Made by a program: the position numbers and the translations under genes. Under the pieces are notes generated by a model. The model made no database searches. It was given only the letters and a program-made list of their open reading frames with translations, and was not told where the DNA came from. From Macrostomum hystrix (taxonomy: Eukaryota; Animalia; Platyhelminthes), in contig CATNEN010000038.1 in NCBI GenBank assembly GCA_950097015.1, positions 27,342,001 through 27,406,000 on the forward strand: a DNA stretch of 64,000 nucleotides, read 5' to 3'. Below, piece by piece: positions 48,101 through 62,049 of the stretch; within the stretch, counting starts at the first letter, position 1, and every line of letters begins with the position of its first letter.

Positions 48101-48716
48101 ACTATTTCGTCCCGATAAGGAGTCATAGCTCGTATATAATTAAGTGAAAAGTTTTTACTCAAGTGCACTCAACTCGACCTGAACCGCAGGACCAGTTGAG
48201 CTTCAGCGCGCTGACTCACGCCTCAGTGCGTGGCAATGCGCCGGCTGTGGCTGAACTGCTCCGCCTGAAAGCCGAGCCGCATCAGGTGGACTTCTGTGAC
48301 AATACGCCGCTAATTTGGGCCGCAAGGTGCGGCCATGCGCAGGTGATTCGAGAATTAAGCAGCACCCTGACGGAGCTGCGACACTGGCTGCACCGCGGCG
48401 AGTACGGAATGGACGCGCACCAATGGGCGGTGTATTTTGGGCACAAGGAGTGCGCGAGGCTGATTCAAGAACGGTATAGACCTCCCAGACACCACCACAC
48501 TGTGAAACATTTTCAAATGAAACTTTCAAGTTAAGTCGTGAAACCACCCACTAACTGTTTCTGCGCAGCGTAAAAAGTCTAGTGCGTTCGGATTCAAGTG
48601 GAGGCCAAAGTGCAGCTCAGGTACTCGATCTGCTTCAACCACATGACGATGCTCTGTTGGAACAGCCCGCAATTCAAGCAAGGTGGCATTGGTACGCAAT
48701 GCAGAGAACTAGGTGA
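42106..48716 (+). CDS. Rab/Ras-like small GTPase domain fused to C-terminal ankyrin repeats; exons (42106-42108 ATG, tentative), 43538-43744, 44369-44847, 46272-46593, 48190-48473, 48569-48716; about 480 aa
   Basis: G1 GSSGVGKS, G3 DTSG, G4 NKKD; ankyrin motifs GRSPLALA, GMTPMMLT, SALTHA, NTPLIWAARCGH; phase-2 intron 44848-46271 joins GTPase and ankyrin parts in frame; first and last exons less certain. Confidence 0.7.
42145..43279. mobile_element. 1135-bp non-autonomous hAT-type DNA transposon
   Basis: 18-bp TIRs CAGTG(T/A)TGGGCGCGTTAC, perfect 8-bp TSD CGCTTATT at 42137-42144 and 43280-43287, subterminal GTAACG repeats, no recognisable transposase. Confidence 0.88.
43815..44335. repeat. 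34-bp intronic minisatellite (GTPase-ankyrin gene)
   Basis: AGCTCCAGCCCTATGGAAGCTGGTCACTTTCCCT units. Confidence 0.95.
44907..46190. repeat. 17-bp intronic minisatellite (GTPase-ankyrin gene)
   Basis: TGATTCACTCCAATACA / ...CACG / ...TCTG variants. Confidence 0.97.
46670..47997. repeat. 22-bp intronic minisatellite with degenerate flanks (homogeneous core about 47083-47940)
   Basis: TTCCTTGATGTTCATTCGACGA units. Confidence 0.95.
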
Positions 48717-48908
48717 GCTCTCCTTAATGTCGTAAAACAGACTTTCGCAGTTTCGTTGTCGTAACTTAAAAAATTAAGCACAATAATTACCACAGATTAC
48801 ACACGTACGAGCGTATCATCAACAAAATGATAATTACAACTCGATTTCAATCAAATCCCACTGCTGACGGAAAAAATTGAGTATCTTTACTATAAATATA
48901 TATATATA

Positions 48909-49621
48909 TGTGACGATAAATTGATGAAGACAGTAAGTCCGTAGCGGCGACAGTTAAAGTTCACTTCAGTCTTAGAGTCAGTTCCAAATATGTGGGGTAG
49001 CGGTAGCACTTTATTCTCGTGTTGCACTGGGATGCACGACAAGCAGAGAGTAAGAAAAGTAAAGGTGCAGGAGCTCAACGATAGTAATAGTAATAACGGC
49101 ACGGCGAGACAAAGCACGGAAATAGTACGCGAAGCTAGGGCAGATACGAGAGGCCGAGCAGTGGGCAGGGCGAACAGGCAGAACAGTCTCAGAACCAGAA
49201 CAGGCAAGGCCAGACAAGGCCGGACAAGGCAAGGACCGGCTAGACAAGTTGAGACAGGACAGGACAGGACAGGTGGAGCGCGAGCGGGCCTAAAGCCCTT
49301 AGTTAAATAAGCTTAGTAAACTGCAGAACAGGGCGATCGATAACTCTAGAAACTGGCCCCAGCCAATGAGCGTGTAAGTACACTGGTCTGGGCAGACGAC
49401 AATTAGACACGCAAAACCAAGCTGGGGCAGCGCGATGTGCACTAACGCCTACTAACAGTAACACTCTAAGAATTACAGCTTAACCATACGAAACTGAAAA
49501 ATGGATGATAGCCAGACGACGTCAGTAAAACGGCCCTAGTTAGTACACACGTAAATTAGCTATGTAAATTAACACGTAAATTAAATTGCTAGGGGCGCTT
49601 ACAACAAGTGACAACGTCACA
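48909..49621 (-). mobile_element. Probable solo LTR (713 bp) inserted in a (TA)n tract
   Basis: Termini TGTGACG...CGTCACA, TATA on both sides, AATAAA on the minus strand about 100 bp from the left end. Confidence 0.65.
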
Positions 49622-49682
49622 TATATATTTGTGCATTTGTAAATTTATAAATTATATTTTATTATAATTGTTATTTTATTCA

Positions 49683-50331
49683 TATTGGTTTTGAACTTCT
49701 ATTTCCAACATAGTAACTTCAATTTCGTCCGCGAGACCGGCCTGCCCAAGTTAGAGCAAATCAGTCTCACAAAATGTAAATTTAATTTCATCTCCTCAGC
49801 ACAGCGATTTGTGTTTGCGTCCGCTCTGTGAAATACGGACTTTTTCCTTGCCTTTGATCATCGCGACGCCGCCACCGACTCCGCCGCAATGCAATCATAA
49901 TAAATACTCGTATGTCGAGTGTCGAGAGATTTATGGCCCTGTAGCACAGAATCATAATAAAACATTTCTGCTAATTGGATAGCGCCGACACTTTCACATC
50001 CAGCCACTCTTGAAGCTCCAATCTTATTGGGGTGACAATGCGAGCTCTTTTTGTTGTTTGTCTCGGACCACTTTGGTGTCTTGCCTGAGACGTCAAAAAT
50101 ATAAATTGAAATTACAGGCCCAGTATGGTCTATATTAATGTTTGAAGCCGTTGAAAGAAATGCAAGACGAAATAGAAGTTACAATTTGTGAATTTGATTT
50201 ACCCTAACTTGCATGGGCAGGCCGGTCTCGCGGACGAAATTGAAGTTACTAATCGGGTACACACGAGCATCCGCCTCCCCGCGGGCGAAATTGAAGTCAC
50301 TTAGTTTGAAATAGAAGTTAAAAAACCAATA
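49683..50331. mobile_element. MITE-like element with long imperfect inverted termini
   Basis: TAGTAACTTCAATTTCGTCCGCGAGACCGGCCTGCCCA near 49711 is the reverse complement of sequence near 50215-50251; outer arms TATTGGTTTT..AACTTCTATTTC and GAAATAGAAGTT..AAAACCAATA. Confidence 0.7.
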
Positions 50332-50709
50332 ATATTATCACAAGTAGTATTTTTGTGGTGTCTCTCCGTAATTAATTGAATACGTGGTAAGCGTTTATGT
50401 CTATAAGGAGCGGGTGGTAGATTTGGGAGTAGTGTTGCTGCCACTTTGTTCGGAAGGGTCGATTGTTTTGTAAGACTTCTCTCGCCTCAGACCTGTAATG
50501 CAAAAATAAATATCACTTTGGACTCGAGACTCGGAGACAAGTTTTGCGGACAATTTCTACATGCTACACACGGATGCTACCGAACAGATAAGGCGACGTC
50601 TAATTCCTAGTTTATTATAGGCAATAGCCTCTTATCCAAGATATATCTCACTCTAACAGGAATCGGTCTCGAATCCACGAGATTTCCTGAGATAATTAGC
50701 GTAGGATGC

Positions 50710-50866
50710 TCTTATCCAATAGAAATCCTATAACAATCCTAATTTAAACAGGCAAGGGTGGGTCTCATATCCGAGATGAGATCCAAGATCTATGCCATTG
50801 GCTGAAGCTTTTCAAGCTCTCTTATTGGCTGAAATTGAAATCAAAGACGGAAATTCCGCGGGTGAG
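50710..50866 (+). promoter_or_regulatory. Candidate caspase promoter and 5' UTR exon
   Basis: Three CCAAT/ATTGG boxes within about 120 bp, then a donor GG|GTGAGC near 50861 and an acceptor CTAAT..TAG at 50973. Confidence 0.35.
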
Positions 50867-50997
50867 CCATAAGAGCGGTGAAATGTACCGCGGAAATACC
50901 GGCCAACGATTTCCCTTGGCGAAAACGCAAACTGAACCCCTAGCTCTGAAACTTTAACTCAACTAATTATTAGATACGACTAAGGCAATCAGCGACA

Positions 50998-53489
50998 ATG
51001 GCTAACCAATCAGTTAAATACACTTGCAGCCGAGGCTACGCCATGATAATCAATAATATCGACTTTGCCAACTGTTCGAATCTTAACCGCCGCGAAGGGG
51101 CGGAAGTTGACTTTCGTGAAAACACCAGCAGCCTGTTTCAGGCCTTCGTCAAGATGGGCTTCACGCCGAGAATGTACACGAATGTGTGAGTAGCTCCCTT
51201 AAGCATTACAATGAAAAAAATCTATAATTAATCTTCAAAGTTTTTCGCTATTTGTTAAACAAATGTCTTAAATCACAGAGTTACTTTAGAACCTCGAAGT
51301 TATTTCCAAACACTGTTTGTATACTCAATCATTCATTTAACGCTACTATTTTACGAAAACATCAAAGACAATCAGGATTTTTCAACGACCTGATGACGCA
51401 CAACTGCTCGGTAGATGATTACGCCGATCATGACGCCTTCCTGCTGTGCATCAGCAGTCACGGCAGTCATGGATCAGTCTACGCCAGCGATGGAGGTGAA
51501 CTAAAACTTGAAGATATCTTTGAACAGGTGATGTTCCAATCTTGACAGTTGACACGCTTGCGTATAATATTTCTAGCAGGTCTGTGGACACATTGTTTAT
51601 TGAGAGTAGACCCGCAGCTAGCGAGAGGCAGCAACGCCTATCTCTCTATCTATTTGCAGGGGGGCCCGGGGCACTTGTCGCACAAGCGACGGAGCGGCAC
51701 GCCCCCAGACCGGCGAACTAGGCGCTTTTGAGCCCATCGCGCCGCCTCCCCTGAACAGGCACCACACACAGCAGCACAGACCAGCCGGGGAGGGCAGGAG
51801 GCACCCAGAATAGGCAGCAGTGCCCCCACCCAGCCCCACACGCACAGAGCAGACCGAGCCGGGGCGGAAGTCTGATAAGAAATCAGTCCTCAGGGGGGGC
51901 CGGGTGATGAGTGTACACTTATCCAATCGCGCTGACGGAAATCCAGAAAGCGCGCGGCGGTGTACACCCGCCCTCCAGCCACCCCCCGCAAGGCCTCACG
52001 CCCCAGCGCCAGCGCACACAACTCACACAACGCAGAACAGGCACACAGAAGGTAGGAGCGAAGCTATTATTTCAAGCTTTGATTGCACGAAAAATATTGC
52101 ACCTCCGCCGGTCGCTACTGTCCAAACCCCCCCCCCAATAGAGATGCTAATACCGGGATCCCGGTTTCGAAAAATACCGGTTTTGGGCCATTTTTTTGGT
52201 ATTATTCGGTATTTCAATATTGGCGAAATTCCGGTATTGAATACCGGGATCCCGGTTTTGGGCAAGTCCGGTATTTTAGCATCCCTACCCCCCAAGAAAT
52301 CCCGAAATTAATCGTGACTTGAAGGGTGAATCGAACTAGCGTCCTTTGGAGTGCGAGGCAGCGACGTTAGCCGCTGACCCACTCGCCCCCTCAGCAACGC
52401 CCATTCTGATCCGATTGCTCTTCACGGTAGCTCCCAAACCGAATGACCAATTTTCGTGAAAGTCCACTACATAGATCAAAATTTTTCTCCTATTACGATT
52501 AACTAACTTTCAAAGCCGTCTTATAATATGATTGATAATATAATTAATACAATATAATCTACAATATACAATAATAGCCGAAATTGTTTTATTATGAATT
52601 TTTGTCAGCTAAAAATATACCCAAATTTGTGGCTTTTGCCGATAGACACCGCGATGAGAATCGTCGACGAATATCTCGACCATGCCGATGTTTCGTGATC
52701 TTGGAAGTTTTTTTATAGGAGCAGAAAAGAATTGTCCATCTTCTGGATTTTTATGTGGATTGATTGAATATTTTTTGCGATACAGAACAGCAACACAGCA
52801 CAGCAGACGGTTAGTGTACACTCTCACTGCGCCTTGGAGGTTGGCCCTCATGGGCGCAAATTGCACAAGAAGCCGGTAGACCGCACTGCCACTCATCCGC
52901 TTTCATAATGTTTAATGAGACGTGTGTGTTCACGAAGGTCATCAAATTTTAGTCTTATGTGTGTTAAACTACAATTTTACCGAAACCTGTTTCAGGTGCG
53001 CCGAGTACCAGCTCTCAAAGGAAAGCCGAAGCTGTTTATCATCCAGTCCTGTCGTACGGTAGGCATCCACCAGCCACCGGCTGGCGATCGCTGCCGGGTG
53101 TCCTACAGTCAACACGAGGACTGTTTCTACGCGTTTAGCGTGGTTGAGGGCCTGCGGTCTTTTAGGGACACCCAGAAAGGCGGCATATTCGCCCAGGTAA
53201 AAAACACACAGTAGCTGAATGACTTTTGTCTTAATAATTAAAAAAGTACTCGTAGAAAAAAAGCATATAGTTGAAAATTGTTAAACTCTACTACCAGGCG
53301 ATGCGCGATGTTCTGCTGGACCAACTGACCGATCTGCGAATCGATGAATTTAGCCAGCTAATGCCGGGCATTGTTATGAAGGTGGCCGAATTGACCAACA
53401 ATAGTCAGATTCCCAGCAGCAGTAGCACACTTCAGAAACTGTTGTACTTTCCGCCTCTGCCCTCCTGTCTCAGTCTGGAATTGGCGTGA
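50998..53489 (+). CDS. Caspase (peptidase C14A) without prodomain; exons 50998-51185, 51368-51527, 52996-53196, 53298-53489; about 246 aa
   Basis: RGYAMIINN, RREGAEVD, catalytic His in ISSHG, catalytic Cys in GKPKLFIIQSCR, p10 motifs SFRD...GGIF and QIP...STLQKLLYF; the first-intron acceptor (AAG) is the weakest site. Confidence 0.88.
51645..52390 (-). mobile_element. tRNA-derived SINE family B copy 2 (caspase intron 2), interrupted by a hAT MITE
   Basis: Minus-strand head GGGGGCGAGTGGGTCAGCGGCTAACG...GTTCGATTC with A/B boxes; (ATAG)-like tail. Confidence 0.75.
52139..52287. mobile_element. 149-bp hAT-type MITE
   Basis: TIRs TAG(A/G)GATGCTAA, similar to the Ac TAGGGATG terminus; 8-bp TSD CCCCCCAA at 52131-52138 and 52288-52295; internal TACCGG repeats. 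Confidence 0.85.
52813..52895 (-). mobile_element. SINE family A fragment (caspase intron 2)
   Basis: GTGTACACTCTCACTGCGCCTTGGAGGTTGGCCCTC core joined to CTGCCACTCA head. Confidence 0.65.
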
Positions 53490-53729
53490 AACTCGAGCTT
53501 TCGTTGGCTGGAGTTCGTTCAAGCCCGATCAGCCTTGGTGATATTTTGCAAAGGGGTTTCCCCGCTTGGGTTTTCTAAAAATAGCAACACAGGCTTTTGG
53601 CTTTCAATAAAATTGAGATTATCTGACAGTTTTATATTCAATAATTAAATGCAACATTTTGTACATCCAATGGGGTCAACAACACAAAATCTTATAAGAA
53701 AATCTGAAAATACTGGGTAGAATTGAAAG

Positions 53730-54370
53730 TTTAGGAGACAAGACATGAGAGAGGAGACAGAGGAAAAGGACACTGAGGAGAGATGGGACAGGGGCGAGAT
53801 GGGACAGGGGCGAGATGGGACAGGGGAGAGATGGGACAGGGGAGAGATGAGACAGGGGAGAGATGGGACAGGGGAGAGATGAGACAGGGGAGAGATTAGA
53901 CAGAGGAGAGATGAGACAACTGAGAGATGAGAGACAGGAGAGATAGGACAGGGAGAAATGAGACACGGAAGAGATGAGACACGGAAGAGATGAGACACGT
54001 GAAAAGGTGAGGCAGGAGAGATAGGACAGGGAGAAATGAGACACGGAAGAGATGAGACACGTGAAAAGGTGAGACAGGAGAGATGGGACAGGGGAGAGAT
54101 GAGACAGGAGAGATGGGGCAGGGGAGAGATGAGACAGGAGAGATGGGGCAGGGGAGAGATGAGACAGGAGAGATGGGACAGGGGGGAGATGAGGCAGGAG
54201 AGATGGGACAGGTGGGAGATGAGACAGGAGAGATGGGACAGGGGGGAGATGAGGCAGGAGAGATAGGACAGGGGGGAGATGAGGCAGGAGAGATAGGACA
54301 GGGGGGAGATGAGGCAGGAGAGATGGGGCAGGGGAGAGATGAGACAGGAGAGATGGGACAGGGGAGAGAT
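53730..54370. repeat. Purine-rich 15/30-bp minisatellite 3' of the caspase
   Basis: GAGATGGGACAGGGGAGAGATGAGACAGGA units. Confidence 0.9.
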
Positions 54371-54896
54371 ATTGTGCTAATTTTTGTGTCAATTTGCTTT
54401 TACTAATGAGCACATGCGCGAAGCGCGTTTTAGCTACTGACTAAACTGTAGTTAAAATGAATTATGCCCTACAATAACTCGAGTACATTTTTTTGTACAA
54501 AAATTTTTTTTTAGAAAATCCTACTTGATTTTTTCTAATGAAGTTAATTGTTTTGAGAAGTAGTTATTAATTTTTATTTCTAGAGAAAGGCACTTTTATT
54601 TGTGAATCTGCAAGATATCGTACAGTTTAAAAAAAGGCTCGATTAAATACGCTCGAAAAAGCAATAAATAAATATGTGAATATAACCAAGCGAAAACAGG
54701 TTTCACAGATATAACGGAAACTTTTAACATTACTTTAATTGTCAAATATGTTTAAAACAGATTTGTTGAAGAGAGACCTTAAAATTTCTAGGTAAAATCT
54801 TCTACGTTGTTAGCCAAGTCGTTTTTTTATTGCGTAGCGCTATCTGTATGAATATGAATACTTCTTCCCCCAATGATACTGTCTCTTAATTGATCG

Positions 54897-55680
54897 TCGC
54901 TAAACACCCAACCCTAGACAAAAATAACTATTATATATACCAATGGCTCGCGGCTAAACACCCAACCCTAGACAAAAATATCTATTATATATACCAATGG
55001 CTCGCGGCTAAACACCCAACCCTAGACAAAAATAACTATTATATATACCAATGGCTCGCGGCTAAACACCCAACCCTAGACAAAAATATCTATTATATAT
55101 ACCAATGGCTCGCGGCTAAACACCCAACCCTAGACAAAAATAACTATTATATATACCAATGGCTCGCGGCTAAACACCCAACCCTAGACAAAAATATCTA
55201 TTATATATACCAATGGCTCGCGGCTAAACACCCAACCCTAGACAAAAATAACTATTATATATACCAATAGCTCACGGCTAAACACCCAACCCTAGACAAA
55301 AATAACTATTATATATACCAATGGCTCGCGGCTAAACACCCAACCCTAGACAAAAATAACTATTATATATACCAATAGCTCACGGCTAAACACCCAACCC
55401 TAGACAAAAATAACTATTATATATACCAATGGCTCGCGGCTAAACACCCAACCCTAGACAAAAATAACTATTATATATACCAATAGCTCACGGCTAAACA
55501 CCCAACCCTAGACAAAAATAACTATTATATATACCAATGGCTCGCGGCTAAACACCCAACCCTAGACAAAAATAACTATTATATATACCAATGGCTCGCG
55601 GCTAAACACCCAACCCTAGACAAAAATAACTATTATATATACCAATAGCTCACGGCTAAACACCCAACCCTAGACAAAAA
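54897..55680. repeat. 54-bp minisatellite 3' of the ankyrin/DHHC gene
   Basis: TAAACACCCAACCCTAGACAAAAATAACTATTATATATACCAATGGCTCGCGGC, about 14 units. Confidence 0.97.
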
Positions 55681-56043
55681 GTGAATTTGGTATACTAAAT
55701 GAAAAGCTCCTCATTATGTGAGTATTTACGTGTACAGTCACGTAAGAAACAGAGTTAAAAAACTAATGACTGGCGTCACAAGTAAAAAATGTAAAAAGTA
55801 AAATGTAAAAAACTGTATGGGCCAGTACGCGCTAATGCGCTAGTACGCCGAATTAAAATAAGGCAACAAGGGTCGCTTGTCACGGAATGGATACGAAAAA
55901 AGCTACAACAGCTAGAAAAAATGAGCTAAAAACGAAGGAATGTTGACCCAAAAACTTTAAACGTTGAATAAAGGTAAAAAAGTTCGAGATTCTAGTATTT
56001 TAAAGCTTTTTAGAAAATAAGTTGTAAAAAATAAATAAAAAAA

Positions 56044-59899
<3,856 letters not shown>

Positions 59900-59903
59900 C
59901 TGC

Positions 59904-60112
59904 GGGTCAGGATGAAATGCTAGATGAGTCAGTGGGTCAGGATGAAATGCTAGATGGGTCAGTGGGTCAGGATGAAATGCTAGATGGGTCAGTGGGTCAG
60001 GATGAAATGCTAGATGGGTCAGTGGGTCAGGATGATATGCTAGATGGGTCAGTGGGTCAGGATGAAATTATGGATGGGTCAGTGGGTCAGGGTGAAATAA
60101 TGGATGCGTCAG
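59904..60112. repeat. 30-bp minisatellite immediately upstream of the 59900 acceptor
   Basis: GGGTCAGGATGAAATGCTAGATGGGTCAGT, about 7 units. Confidence 0.92.
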
Positions 60113-60777
60113 TAGTCATAGATCGATTGTCTAGATGGGACAATTTTACAGAAAATAACAAGACATGAACTTTTAACTTGCGAAGTGCAATTAAAAATAT
60201 TTTTTTAGTTTTAACATCCACAAAAAAGACAACAGAATAGCTGTTAAATATTTTAGCAATTTGAAAAGCTCAGAAGACAAGACTTAGTAAAAAAAGACAA
60301 AGACCAGAGGGAAAAACCTGTCATATGATGCTAGGAATAATAAAACTTCTAGACCAGAAATTAATTGCAACTCAATAAAACAGAAAAAGATACCACAAGG
60401 AAACAAAGAAGTTTAGTCAGACAATTTGACAAAGCAGAATCAGAATGCCCTTACAACAAAAAAAATAGGTGCTTAGCAATAAACATAAATATTCATACAA
60501 CTTGTTAAGAAGAAAGACAAAAGACAGAAAAATAATAAAATATCTGCTTTGGTTCTTGGAATATTTCTGACAACATTCAGTCGTGAACTTGAATTGAAAA
60601 TTTGCACGTGAAAATTGTGCAATTATAAAATAGATAAAATAAACGACACAATCTTTATTGCTATTACAGTTAAATATCAATGGTGAAGTCTATTTAAACA
60701 TTTGTCAAATTTTGAACTTTTTTAGTTCTGCAAGTTCTGTGAGACTTAAAGGTAGCTGTTTGTAAATGCCCAGCATA

Positions 60778-61150
60778 TTTTGGGATTTTCATGAACGCTG
60801 TAGAGATTTTGGGATAGTTTTGAACGCTGAGGAGATTTGGGATATTTGTGACGCTGAGTAGATTTTTGGGATATTTTTGAACGCGTGGGAAAATTTTGGG
60901 ATATTTGTGAACGCTGAGGAGATTTTGGGATATTTGTGAACGCTTGGGAGAATTTTAGGATATTTGTGAACGCTTGGGAGAATTTTGGGATATTTGTGAA
61001 CGCTTGGGAGAATTTTGGGATATTTGTGAACGCTGAGGAGAATTTTGGGATATTTGTGAACGCTGAGAAAATTTTGGGATATTTGTGAACGCTGAAGAGA
61101 TTTTGGGATGTTTGTGAACATTGTGGAGATTTCGGGATATTTGTCAATGC
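60778..61150. repeat. About 30-bp minisatellite
   Basis: GGGATATTTGTGAACGCTTGGGAGAATTTT units. Confidence 0.9.
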
Positions 61151-62049
61151 TGAGTTTTGGATTTTATGTAATGGTCATTAAAGATTTTGAGATATTTTTG
61201 AAGGCCGAATCTGACTGCCGAGTTTTTAATACAAAATTTAGGGAAATCTAGAAAATACTTTCAACCTTTTAATTTCAGAACAATTTTACAGCGGTAAAAC
61301 ACCAGTGAAAATGGCAGAAGAAAGTTGAAAAAAATTAAACAAATCTTAAAATAATCTTCCTCAAGCAAAGTTAAACCGAGGAAAAAATAAATGACTTAGG
61401 CGCGAAATAACCAGGAAATGAGTTCAGACGTGGACAACGGAAAACTGCGATTTTGACGCCATGAAAACATCAAATAAAGGGAAGAAATTTTATCGGATAT
61501 ACCAAAATAATCCCAATGAAGGGATCCCGCAAACGATTTGAAGATCTTCAAAAAATACAACAGTAATTTAATAGTATCAACTAGAAGGCACTTCAAAATA
61601 ACAAAATAAGTAGTGTTTGAAGAGAACACTGAACTAACTCAACCGTTTTTAAGTAATACTGACAATAGATATGAAGATTGCGAGTGCCTTGTCGGATTGC
61701 CATCAAAATTAAATGAACGGCTACTAAAAATTTTGCCTTTGAAAAATGACTTAATCATTAGGTAAGATATTTTTCCTAAGCAGTACAAAGACCAAGCTAT
61801 TTTTCCCCCTGGAGAAAGACTACGCAGGTATTTCAAATATCCACTCCCTAACTCACTATAGCTCCCAAAACCGAATGATCGACCGATTTTTCCTGGAATT
61901 CCACCATCTGATATACAAAAATCTGAATCTAAAGTTAGCTTTTAGTAAAGGCGGTTGCTTTGAAGACTTTAAATGTCGAAAACTTGTCTCTGTTGCTATG
62001 CTGGGATCTCACGTGTTGCATCAGCTGCGCATTAGACTGTGTCGTTTCG

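Noticed and set aside
48890-49310. Overlapping 78-106-aa ORFs
   Set aside because: Lie inside the probable solo LTR; low complexity, no motifs.
54897-55680. Telomere-like repeat (AACCCTA within the unit)
   Set aside because: Single hexamer per 54-bp unit, not a telomeric tract.
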